Position numbers and translations under genes: made by a program | DNA from: an uncultured Acidobacteriota bacterium | GTDB lineage: Bacteria > Acidobacteriota > Polarisedimenticolia > J045 | Direction of reading: 5' to 3' | DNA: 64,000 nucleotides | Assembly (NCBI GenBank): GCA_963702425.1 | Contig: CAVPCQ010000011.1 | Coordinates: 96,001-160,000, forward strand | Shown: positions 30,775-40,829 of the stretch, in pieces | Numbering within the stretch: the first letter of the stretch is position 1 | Layout: each line of letters opens with the position of its first letter | Notes under the pieces: generated by a model | The model's input: the letters and a program-made list of their open reading frames with translations, nothing else | Told to the model about the DNA's origin: nothing | Database searches by the model: none

Positions 30775-32541
30775 TCACTGCGCGGCGAAGTGCACCCGCA
30801 CTTCGCCGCGCAGGCTGCTCACGAGCCACGCGGACGCCGCGCGCCGCAGGTCGCCGGGCCGGAGGATCCGCTCGGCGATCGCACCGCGCGCGAGCAGCTC
30901 GCCGCGCAGGACGCCGCCCAGCAGGCCGCAGTCCCGCGGCGGCGTGAAGCGCGCGCCGTCGAGCTCCAGCACGAGGTTCCCGCGGGTGAACTCCGTCAGC
31001 TCGCCCGACTCGTTGAGCAGCAGCACGTCGTGCACGTCCGGGCGCTCGGCGCGCCGCGTGTCGTACACGGCCCGGTGCGTCGTCTTGTGGTGCAGGAAGA
31101 GGTCGTCCCGCGAGACCGGGCGCGGCGAGAGGGCCACCGCGAGGGGCTGCGCCCGGCAGCGGCTCGAGCGGCGTCGCCTCGACCCGCGGCCTGCCCTCGT
31201 CCGGGACGAGCAGGCGCACGCGCCACGGGCCCGGGGGCAGCCCGGCGACGGTCCGGCGCAGCTCCCGCTCCGCCGCCAGCCCGTCGAAGGGCCAGCCGAA
31301 GTAGCGCGCCGACGCGCCGACGCGCGCCATGTGCGCGGCGAGGCGCAGCGGCTCCCCGGCTTCGGCGCGCAGCGTCTCGACCAGCTCGAAGTGCGGCGGC
31401 GGCTCGCCGAGCACGGCCGCCTTGAGCAGCACCTCGCGGTACTCGGCCGAGGCCTCGGAGCCCCAGGTGATGCCGGAACCGGCCCCGTACTCGACCCGCG
31501 CCGGTCTCGCGGTCGACGACCGCGGTCCGGATCGGGACCGAGAAGGTCGCGTCGCCGCCGGGAGCCACGACGCCGATCGCTCCGCAGTAGACACCGCGCG
31601 GCGAGCCCTCCAGCGCGGCGATGAGGCGCATCGTGCTGGCCTTCGGCGCGCCGGTCACCGAGCCGCTCGGGAAGAGCGCGCCGAAGATCTCGACGAGCCC
31701 CGTCCCCGGCCGCGCGGTCGCGGTCACGGTGGAAGTCATCTGCAGCACGGTCGGGTAGCGCTCGACCGCGCACAGCGACGCCACGGCGACGCTCCCGGGC
31801 ACGGCCACGCGCCCGAGGTCGCTCCGCATCAGGTCGACGATCATCACGTTCTCGGCGCGGTCCTTCTCCGACCCGCCGAGCGCCGCGGCGCGGGCGTCGT
31901 CCTCGTCGACGAAGCGGCCGCGCCGCGCCGTGCCCTTCATCGGGCGCACGACGAGACGGTCCCCTTCCCGTCGGAAGAACAGCTCCGGGGAGGCCGAGGC
32001 GATGCGCGTACCGTCCCAGGTCGAGGCAGGCCGCATAGCCGCCGCGCTGCCGCTCCGCCAGGCGCCGCCAAAGCGCACGGGGGTCGCCCGCGAACCGCGC
32101 CGCGAGACGCAGCGTGAGGTTGGCCTGGTAGGTGTCGCCGCGGGCGATGGCGGCACGCACCTCCGCGACCGACGCGGCCCACGCGGCCTCGTCCGCATCG
32201 GCCTCGAAGGGATCGAGCGCGAGCGGCGGCTCGATCGCGCCGCGCTCGCCCGGCGGCTCCCCGGCCGGCGCCTCGAACAGCGCGAACCACGCCAGCGGAA
32301 GGGGGCCGGAGGGGCGCGTGACGAGCGCGGCGTCGAAGGCCGGCGCGGCCTCGTAGGCGACGAAGCCGGCCGCCCACCGCCCTGCCGCGGCGGCCGCTTC
32401 GACCTCCGCCAGGAGCGGCGGCACTTCGTCCGGCCGGCGGGCCTCGAGCACCGCCAGCGGATCCGAGAACTGGCGGGGTGTCACGCCTCCCGAAGCGTTC
32501 TCGAACCGGGCGAGCACCCGGGGCGAAGCGGGGCGGCTCAT
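30775..32541 (-). CDS. pabB: Aminodeoxychorismate synthase component I fused to class IV aminotransferase/ADC lyase (frameshifted)
   Basis: GDTYQAN, SPELFF, RPMKGT, KDRAENVMIVDLMRSDLGR, FPSGSVTGAPK; C-terminal HKTT.R..Y, E.TRGN and GLLGGVLR. Confidence 0.88.
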   Translation of the reverse strand: MSRPASPRVLARFENASGGVTPRQFSDPLAVLEARRPDEVPPLLAEVEAAAAAGRWAAGFVAYEAAPAFDAALVTRPSGPLPLAWFALFEAPAGEPPGERGAIEPPLALDPFEADADEAAWAASVAEVRAAIARGDTYQANLTLRLAARFAGDPRALWRRLAERQRGGYAACLDLGRYAHRLGLPGAVLPTGRGPSRRAPDEGHGAARPLRRRGRRPRRGARRVGEGPRRERDDRRPDAERPRARGRARERRRGVAVRGRALPDRAADDFHRDRDRAAGDGARRDLRRALPERLGDRRAEGQHDAPHRRAGGLAARCLLRSDRRRGSRRRRDLLGPDPDRGRRPRDRRGSSTGPVPASPGAPRPRPSTARCCSRRPCSASRRRTSSWSRRCAPKPGSRCASPRTWRASARRRATSAGPSTGWRRSGSCAGPSPGCPRARGACACSSRTRAGRGSRRRRSSRCRAQPLAVALSPRPVSRDDLFLHHKTTHRAVYDTRRAERPDVHDVLLLNESGELTEFTRGNLVLELDGARFTPPRDCGLLGGVLRGELLARGAIAERILRPGDLRRAASAWLVSSLRGEVRVHFAAQ

Positions 32542-34219
32542 GGCGCGACGAGCGCCCTGGCCTCCCGCAGCGTGCGGCGCGCGATCTCGTCCTGCACCGC
32601 GCGGGTCGCCTCCGGCGCGGGTGCGACCTTGCGCCACGCACCCAAGGCCTCGTTGGCGACGTCGCGCGCGATCCGGGACAGCAGGAGCGGCGCGTCGAGC
32701 GTTCTCGCGCTGGCGGCCGCGCCGCGCAGCGCGCTCGCGCGCCGCCGGCGCAGCGTGCCCGAGCCGCGCTGGTCGTCACCGGAGTCGCTGAAGCTGCTGC
32801 GCACGAGGTAGCCCTGCGGCGCAAGCGTGGGGTCGGTCGCGTCGAACCGCTGGTAGGCCTTGGGGGAGGTCTCGAAGTAGGCGGCTCCTCCCTTGGCGTC
32901 GATCACGCCGAAGTTGGAGGCGACCGCGCGGCCGCCCGGGTTGGTGCGGTCGAGCAGCGCCTTGGATTCCGAGAGGCTCGTGCAGGTCTGCAGCGCGAGC
33001 CGCATGAACTGCCCGTCGGCGGTCGCGGAGCCGGAGATGACCGCCGTCGTGCAGGCCGGAGCGGACGGCGCCGCCGCAACAGCACGCGGTGCGGCCTTGC
33101 GCCACGCGTCCAGGGCCTGCCCCGCGGCGGCGACGTTCTTCCGCTCGATCGCGAGCAGCCCGTCGACGAGCCGGCGGTCGTTCGCGCGCAACGCGTCGAC
33201 GCTGACGAAACGCTTCAGCTCGCCGCGCGTCGCGGGATAGAAGACCGCTTTCACCGCGTCGAAGGCCTGCGTCAGCGGCGCCGGCCCGGGAGCGGCCGCG
33301 ATCTCCGCGGGGACACCGCGCGCGGCGACCCAGGCCGGGACCGCGACCCCGGTGATCGGCTGCCCGAGGATCACCCAGAGCGTCGCGAGCAGCGCGTTCT
33401 CGCCCGGCTTCACCCCGGCGATCACGAACGCCGCCGACGTGGCATCGCGGCAGATGCTGTCGCCGACGTAGGCGTAGGGCCCCGCGGCGGCGGCGGTCCC
33501 GAGCGGGTCGCTCCCCAGGGCCTCGTTGGCGACGTCGCGCGCGATCCGCGACAGCAGGAGCGGCGCGTCGAGCGTCCTGGCGCTGGCGGCCGCGCCGAGC
33601 AGCGCGCTCGCGCGCCGCCGGCGCAGCGTGCCCGAGCCGCGCTGGTCGTCACCGGAGTCGCTGAAGTTGCTGCGCACGAGGAAGCCCTGCGGCGCGAGCG
33701 CAGGGTCGGTCGCGTCGAACCGCTGGTAGGCCTTGGGGGAGGTCTCGAAATAGGCGGCTCCTCCCCTGGCGTCGATCACGCCGAAGTTGGAGGCGACCGC
33801 GCGGCCGCCCGGGTTGGTGCGGTCGAGCAGCGCCTGGAACTCCGAGAGGCTCGTGCAGGTCTGCAGCGCGAGCCGCATGAACTGTCCGTCGGCCTCCTCG
33901 TCGTTCTCCTCGATGTTGTACGAGGCGGAGTTCATGATCGCGAAACCGGCGTCGTTGACGCCGGCCCAGATCTTCATCCCCGCGGCGTCTCCGGTGTCGA
34001 CCAGGCCGACGAAGGCGTGCCTGCCGTCGTCGTTGAAGACGAGCTGGTTGGCAAGGTTGTCGGCGTCGCGGTTCTTCCACAGGATCGGCCGCCCGTCGGC
34101 GGTCGCGGAGCCGGAGATGACCGCCGTCGTGCAGGCCGGAACGGACGGCGCCGCGCGACGGCGACGGCGGCGAGGGCGGTCAGCGCCAGGACGGTGCGGC
34201 CGGGCGTGCGGGACAGCAT
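32538..34219 (-). CDS. Secreted Ntn-hydrolase (peptidase C45/C69-like) with an internal partial duplication; frameshifts near the 5' end
   Basis: Signal peptide, then CTTAVISGSATADGRPILWKNRD, and WAGVNDAGFAIMNS, NFGVID, VRSNF. Confidence 0.75.
32641..34154. repeat. Direct repeat: 32641-33074 is a shortened copy of 33514-33893 joined to 34092-34154
   Basis: Near-identical blocks, e.g. CGTTGGCGACGTCGCGCGCGATCCG at ~32651 and ~33524, and GGTCGCGGAGCCGGAGATGACCGCCGTCGTGCAGGCCGGA at ~33021 and ~34101, with scattered substitutions. Confidence 0.9.
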
Positions 34220-34256
34220 CGACGATCTCCCTTCGAGGGGAGTCTAGCCGATCGCC

Positions 34257-34901
34257 TCAGGCTCCCGGCCGCCGCGCGGCCCCGGTCAGCCGGTCCGGGT
34301 CGAGGACGACCACCGAGCCGCGCTCGAGCCGGACGCAGCCGCGCTGCTCGAAGGCCTTGAGCGCGCGCGAGACGACCTCCCGCGCGGTCCAGAGGTCGGC
34401 GGCGATCTTCTCGTGCGTCATCTCGAGCCGCCCCTCCCCGGCGGCACCCGGCCGAACGCGCGCGCGGTCCAGCAGGTAGGAGGCGAGGCGGTCGTCGACC
34501 GACAGGTTCTGGATGTCTTCCAGCAGCTCGAGAATCGCGCGCAGCCGCCCCGACAGCGAGGCGAGGAAGAGCCCGCGCAGGAACTCGTCGCTGCCGAAGA
34601 GCCGCCGGAAGGCTGCCGCCGGGACGGCCCACCCGACCGCAGGCTCTTCGACCGTGGCGCTGGCCAGAAGCGGCTCGTCGTTCAGCGCGCCGAGGCAGGA
34701 GACGAGGCACAGTTCGCCCGGACGCATGTGGTAGAGCGTCCCCTCGCGGTCGCCCGGTCGCGAGCGGAAGACGCGGACCGACCCTTCCTCGAGCAGGCCG
34801 ACGTGGCGGCACGGTTCCCCCTCGGCGAAGAGTCCCGTTCCTCGCGGGAGGTGGAAGGGACTGCCGTGCCGTCGAAACAGGGTCGCGAGGGTGGCGTTCA
34901 T
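34257..34901 (-). CDS. Crp/Fnr family transcriptional regulator
   Basis: cNMP-domain pattern LFAEGEPC...GSVRVF..REGTLY...PGELC and HTH MTHEKIAADLWTAREVVSRALK. Confidence 0.88.
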   Translation of the reverse strand: MNATLATLFRRHGSPFHLPRGTGLFAEGEPCRHVGLLEEGSVRVFRSRPGDREGTLYHMRPGELCLVSCLGALNDEPLLASATVEEPAVGWAVPAAAFRRLFGSDEFLRGLFLASLSGRLRAILELLEDIQNLSVDDRLASYLLDRARVRPGAAGEGRLEMTHEKIAADLWTAREVVSRALKAFEQRGCVRLERGSVVVLDPDRLTGAARRPGA

Positions 34902-35127
34902 CGGCGCTCTCCCGGGCCCCTCCAGCGCGGCCCCTTCGGACCGGAAGAGGGGGCGACCGGGTTCTGATACGCCGGACCGGTGAGTCGACGCCGGGCCGGC
35001 CGGACCCCCGGCAGGGTCAAGCAGAAGGAGGGGCGCCGGGGCATCCCCACCTCCCGCAGCGGCCCCCACCCGGTCCTCCGACCGTGGAATAATGAAGATT
35101 CTTGGTCGGGTTAAAGGTGGGGTGTCG

Positions 35128-35974
35128 ATGGTCAACCGAACGCGTTTCTCTGCGTCGCCGTTACGAGGCGGGGCGGCCCCGGCAAGCGTGGTCCTGGTCG
35201 TGGGCCTCGCGCTGCTCTCCGCTGCAGCTTCTCCCGCCGTGGCAAGCGAGACGGCGAGCAGCCGGCACGACGCTCTCGGACCCCTTCCCCTCCAGCCTCT
35301 ACGTCGAGCAGGACGTCAAGATCGCGGCGCGGCGCTCGGGCGTGATCGAGAAGGTCCTGGTCGACCGCGGGCAGGCCGTCCGGGCGGGCCAGGCGCTGGC
35401 GCTGCTCGAGACCGACCTCGCAACGCGGGACCTGGAGCTGGCCCAGGAGGAACTGCGCCTGGCCGAGGCCGAGCTGGCGCGGGTCGCGCCGCTGGCCGAC
35501 TCGGGAATCGTCTCGCAGCAGGAGCTGCAGCAGCGTCAGATCGACCGCGACCTCGCGAAGACCCGGGTCTCCCGCGCCCGCTCGATGCTCGAGCGCTGCA
35601 CCGTCGCGGCGCCGTTCGCCGGCGTCGTCGCCGAGCGCTGGGCGGTCCTGGGGGAGCGCGTCCAGGAGGACGACAACACCCCGCTCTTCCGCATCGTCGC
35701 CTCCGGACCGCTCCGCGCGCGGATCGACCTTCCCGAGGCCCTGCTCGCGCGCGTCGGGGTCCCGGGCCGCGCGACGCTCCGCCTGGACCGGGCGGCGACC
35801 GAGAGCTTCGCGGCGCGGGTGGTCTTCGTCAGCCCGACCGTCGACGCCGCCAGCGGCACCGCGCCGGTGATCGTCGAGCTGCCGAACACGGCGGGCCGGT
35901 TGCGCCCGGGGACGGCGGTCACCGTCCGGTTCGAGCTGGGCACGGGGACGGCAGGGGCACGGGAGGGGCGATGA
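35128..35974 (+). CDS. Stand-alone membrane fusion protein (HlyD/RND adaptor) with signal peptide; frameshift ~35265
   Basis: GVIEKVLVDRGQAVRAGQALA, APFAGVV, VSPTVDAASGT and LRPG. Confidence 0.85.
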
Positions 35975-36675
35975 GCCCGCGCCTCGCGGCGCGCTTCGGG
36001 GCGGGCCGCCGGCCGCCGGCGGCCCACGCCGCCCCGAACCTGCTGGTCCACGAGCTCAAGCACCTCGCCAGTCGCCTGCAACTGCTCAACGAGAACCTCT
36101 TGCACCACTTCGACGACCCGGACTTCCGGCGGAGCGCGGCGGAGCTGCTCGACGACACGGTGCGCCAGCTGCGGCGCCTCGCCGGCGAGATGCACGAGCG
36201 CGAGGGGCGGCTGCTGGTCAAGCTGCGCGTCGACCTCAACGAGATCCTCGAGGACGCGCTGGTGAGCTGCCATCTCGGGCTGGCCCCGACGCTGCAGCTG
36301 GAGCGGCACTTCGGCCATCTGCCCCCGATCTGGGGCGACCAGTTCCTGCTGCGTCGAGCGTTCTGCTGCGCGATCGAAAATGCGCTCGAAGCGCTGGACG
36401 GACGCGGCAGGATTTCCGTCCGCACGCGCTGCTCGTCGAAGCGCCGCACTCCGCAGATCCTCGTCGAGATCCGCGACGACGGCCCGGGCATGTCCGCCGA
36501 GTTCCGGCGGCAGCTGCTGGCGCAGCGCTTCGCGAGCACCAAGTCCGACGGGTTGGGACTGGGCGTCTACACCGTGCGCCAGGTCGCGCGCCTGCACGGG
36601 GGCACGATGCGGATCGCCAGCTCCCCCGGCACCGGAACCTGCGTCCGTTTCTGGTTCCCGTTCGAAGGTGAGTGA
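35971..36675 (+). CDS. Sensor-less histidine kinase (DHp + HATPase only), PrsK-like
   Basis: LLVHELKH H-box, ENALEA, DDGPGM, FASTK and GLGLGVY; no TM or sensor region; ATGA overlap with the MFP stop. Confidence 0.82.
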   Translation: MSPRLAARFGAGRRPPAAHAAPNLLVHELKHLASRLQLLNENLLHHFDDPDFRRSAAELLDDTVRQLRRLAGEMHEREGRLLVKLRVDLNEILEDALVSCHLGLAPTLQLERHFGHLPPIWGDQFLLRRAFCCAIENALEALDGRGRISVRTRCSSKRRTPQILVEIRDDGPGMSAEFRRQLLAQRFASTKSDGLGLGVYTVRQVARLHGGTMRIASSPGTGTCVRFWFPFEGE

Positions 36676-36678
36676 GCC

Positions 36679-38047
<1,369 letters not shown>

Positions 38048-38088
38048 TGGGTGAATAACCGGACTCCCGTGGGTGACTTTTTCTTCCG
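38048..38088 (+). promoter_or_regulatory. Candidate enhancer (UAS) for the sigma54 activator
   Basis: TGGGTGA repeated at 38048 and 38070 (22 bp apart), in an AT-richer patch ~110-135 bp upstream of the -24 element. Confidence 0.4.
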
Positions 38089-38182
38089 ACGCGCGCGATC
38101 CCGCCGGGGACGTGCGGGGGCCTGTGGTCGATCCTGTTGAAACGGCGAGAGTTGCGCGCCTCTCCCAGTTCGTCGGCTGCGG

Positions 38183-38198
38183 CGGCACGGCGATTGCA
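38183..38198 (+). promoter_or_regulatory. Sigma54 (-24/-12) promoter
   Basis: CGGCACG-GCGA-TTGCA against consensus TGGCACG-N4-TTGCW, with exact GG-N10-GC spacing; next to a sigma54 activator gene. Confidence 0.85.
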
Positions 38199-38234
38199 GG
38201 AAGCCAGGCGTCATCCTCAACAGGGAGAAACGCG

Positions 38235-38642
38235 ATGGATCAGCCGAAGGGCGTCACGATCAAGCTCACCGACAAGCAGCGCAGCCAGATCAAGACCGTC
38301 ACGGGGAAGGATCACGTCGAGATCCGGGTCGAGTCCTTCGACGGCGTCGGGCAGCAGCTCGGCGCGAAGGCCGCCGCCAAGATGCCGGCGAAGGCCGCCG
38401 CCAAGGCCGCCGCCAAGATGCCGGCGAAGGCCGCCGCAGCGAAGGCCGCCGCGCAAGATGCCGGCGAAGGCCGCTGGCCAAGGCCGCCGCCAAGATGCCA
38501 GGCGAAGGCGCGCTGCCGAAGCGGCTGCCGCCAAGATGCCGGCGAAGTCGGCCGCCGCCGCCAAGATGCCGGCGAAGGCCGCCGCCAAGAGTGCCGGCGA
38601 AGGCCGCTGCCAAGGCCGCTGCTGCGAGGCAAGAGGTTCTAG
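38235..38642 (+). CDS. Small leader + Ala/Lys repeat peptide (putative precursor or export substrate); repeat tract has indels
   Basis: GGGAGA RBS; MDQPKGVTIKLTDKQRSQIKTVTGKDHVEIRVESFDGVGQQLG followed by AKAAAKMP repeats; TAG at 38640-38642. Confidence 0.8.
   Translation: MDQPKGVTIKLTDKQRSQIKTVTGKDHVEIRVESFDGVGQQLGAKAAAKMPAKAAAKAAAKMPAKAAAAKAAAQDAGEGRWPRPPPRCQAKARCRSGCRQDAGEVGRRRQDAGEGRRQECRRRPLPRPLLRGKRF
38364..38628 (+). repeat. Coding tandem repeat, ~7 K(M/V)PAK units separated by AAAK blocks (24/36-nt units)
   Basis: AAGATGCCGGCGAAG or near-copies at 38379, 38415, 38455, 38492, 38533, 38563 and 38587. Confidence 0.9.
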
Positions 38643-38654
38643 TCCGCGCGCCGG

Positions 38655-38679
38655 GCGCCGACCCCGTGCGGGTTGGCGC
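38655..38679. terminator. Hairpin between the converging peptide and M50-HlyD genes
   Basis: GCGCCGACCC...GGGTTGGCGC stem with one G-U pair; no clear U-tract. Confidence 0.35.
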
Positions 38680-38723
38680 GCGGCGGCCGGTGGTCGCGGG
38701 GTCCCTGTTTCGGGGCCCTTCCG

Positions 38724-40829
38724 TCACCAGACGACGGTCGAAATCCACCGCGAAAAACGCCACCAGACCTGTCCGGCGAGGCTGCGTCGGGCCAGTTGGA
38801 ACTGGGCCTGGCCGGTCATGCCCGGGAGCAGGGCTCACCCGGATTCTCGATGTCGACCAGGACCCTCACCTGGTGCACGCGCCGCACGAGATCGACGGCC
38901 GAGGCGACCCCCTCCGGGGGAGCGGAGGCGAGCGGCGAGACGGCCTTCACGCGAGCCCGCAGGGTCTCGCCGGCAAGCGCCTCGACCCGCACCGGGCCGG
39001 CGTTCCGGGAACGACTTCCTGGACGTCGCGCTCGCTCATCCGCACCCCCAGGCGCACGGTGTCGGGCACGACGATCGTGCAGAGCTCGTCTCCCTCCGCG
39101 AGCCAGCGCCCCACGGACTCCTCGACGCGATATCCGGCGACGATCCCGGCGACCGGAGCCTTCATGACGAGGCGCTCGCGCCGCTGGTCGAGCATCGCGC
39201 CGCGAGCTTCGGCCGAGCCGGCCCGCTCCGATGCGGCGCTCGCGGCCGCGGGGTCCATCCTGGCGCGAGCCAGCACGGCACCGCGCCGGGCGACGTCGGC
39301 GTCCATCGCCGCGCCGGCAGCCGCGGCGGACAGCTCGGGGCTCGCGATCCGTGCGAGAACGGCTCCTGCCGGCACCCGGTCCCCTTCCCGGACCTCTACG
39401 GTCTCGACGACCCCCTCGGCCGGAGCGCGCACGACGGCTCGCTCGCCGGCCTCCACTTCGAAGACGCCACCGACGCGGGTCGGCAGCGGAGGATCGCGAC
39501 ACACGCCACGAGCAGCAGCCCGATGGCCGCTGCCGTCGCCTTTCCGGCCCCGGTCCCGAGCCACTCGCGCTTGTCGAGCCAGAGGTGCTTGAGGAAGCCC
39601 CGGATCGTTCGCACGCGACGCCTCAGGATCCAGGCGAAGAACAGGATCAGCGCGAGGTACCCGGCCGGCCCGAGCCACCCGACGAACCAACGTTCGAGCA
39701 GGTGGTAGATCACGATCATGATGGTCGCCGTGTAGAGGATGGCCGCCGTTCCGTACACGAGGTAGATCCGGCGCCGCCGTCGCGAAATCGGCGTTTCGGG
39801 GACCTCGAGCCGGAGCACGGTGCGCCGGAACAGTCCCCCGACGTATTCGAAGCTCTCTTCGCGCAGGTTCGGAACGTCGAGCCAGTCCATCAGCAGGTAG
39901 TAGCCGTCCAGCTTCAGCAGCGGATTGATGTTCAAGACGACGACAGACAGGCCGGTGAAGAAGACGACGGTCAACGCGAACTGATGGAGCCACGACTCGG
40001 CCGGTGTCAGGAGCCAGACCGCAGTCGCCACCGACGCCAACATGAGTTCGAAATACGGCCCGCCGAATGTCGCGTAGAGCCGGTGAGCGCGGTTCGTAAA
40101 GAGGTACGAATCGTCGATGTTGCAGTAGAAGGCGGGCTGGAAGTAGAAGATCATGAAACCGATGTCGTGCACCTCCCCGCCATAACGCTTGCACGTGAAG
40201 CCGTGACCCAGCTCATGCCAGATGCTGACGCCGATCAGGAACGCGAAGAACGCGAACCAGCCCCCGAGAGTCTTCTCCTTGAAGTTCCAGAGCTCGAAGA
40301 ACCCCTCCCAGTAGAGGCCCCAGTGGCGGAAGAGGAACACGAGCAGGACCGCGAATACCGCGATCCACGGGACGACGAACCACGGGGACCAGACCCAGCG
40401 GATCCACGGGATCACACGATCCATCATCCGGTTCGGGTCGAACATCGGGACCAGGATCTGGAACAGGCTGGATCGCTCGGCATCGTAGAACCGCCTCTGC
40501 CGCCTGGAGCGCAGCTTGTCCATCATGATGAGATGACGATCGCGTTCGCTGCGCTCGATCAGGTCGATCGATGTCAGCCCCTCGACGTACTCGACTACCC
40601 ACGCGGCGTCGATGGCGCGCTGCGGATTGTTCCGCGTGTATTCCTCGGCGATCTCCTCGGCGGTTCGCGAGCCATCCATCAGGAGCAGGAGCTCCTCGTA
40701 GTCGGGCTCGAACTTGTAGTAGTTCTGCGTCGCTGCGTCCTTGACCATGACGTAGTCGTCTTCACGGGTCGCGATCCGGCGGACGATGACTCCGGCCTTG
40801 AGACGCGGCTGAGAGTTCGCCGTATTCAC
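38724..40829 (-). CDS. PqqD/RRE-like domain + site-2 protease (M50) + HlyD fusion (frameshifted in the HlyD part)
   Basis: N-terminal YVMVKDAATQNYYKF...LMDGSRTAEEI winged-helix pattern; HELGH and NINPLLKLDGYY S2P motifs; then VRAPAEGVV..VREGDRV..G, KAPVAGIV and LLPGMTGQAQF...WISTVVW stop at 38724; GTGA overlap with the upstream gene. Confidence 0.85.

Noticed and set aside
38364-38628. Repeat tract as a CRISPR array or non-coding satellite
   Set aside because: There are no unique spacers and no cas genes. Units are codon-structured (GCC/AAG/ATG/CCG) and follow an RBS-led ORF, so it is a coding repeat.
38628-38642. C-terminal GKRF of the peptide as a eukaryote-like amidation or dibasic processing signal
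   Set aside because: The reading frame at the end of the repeat is uncertain and no amidating enzyme is nearby.
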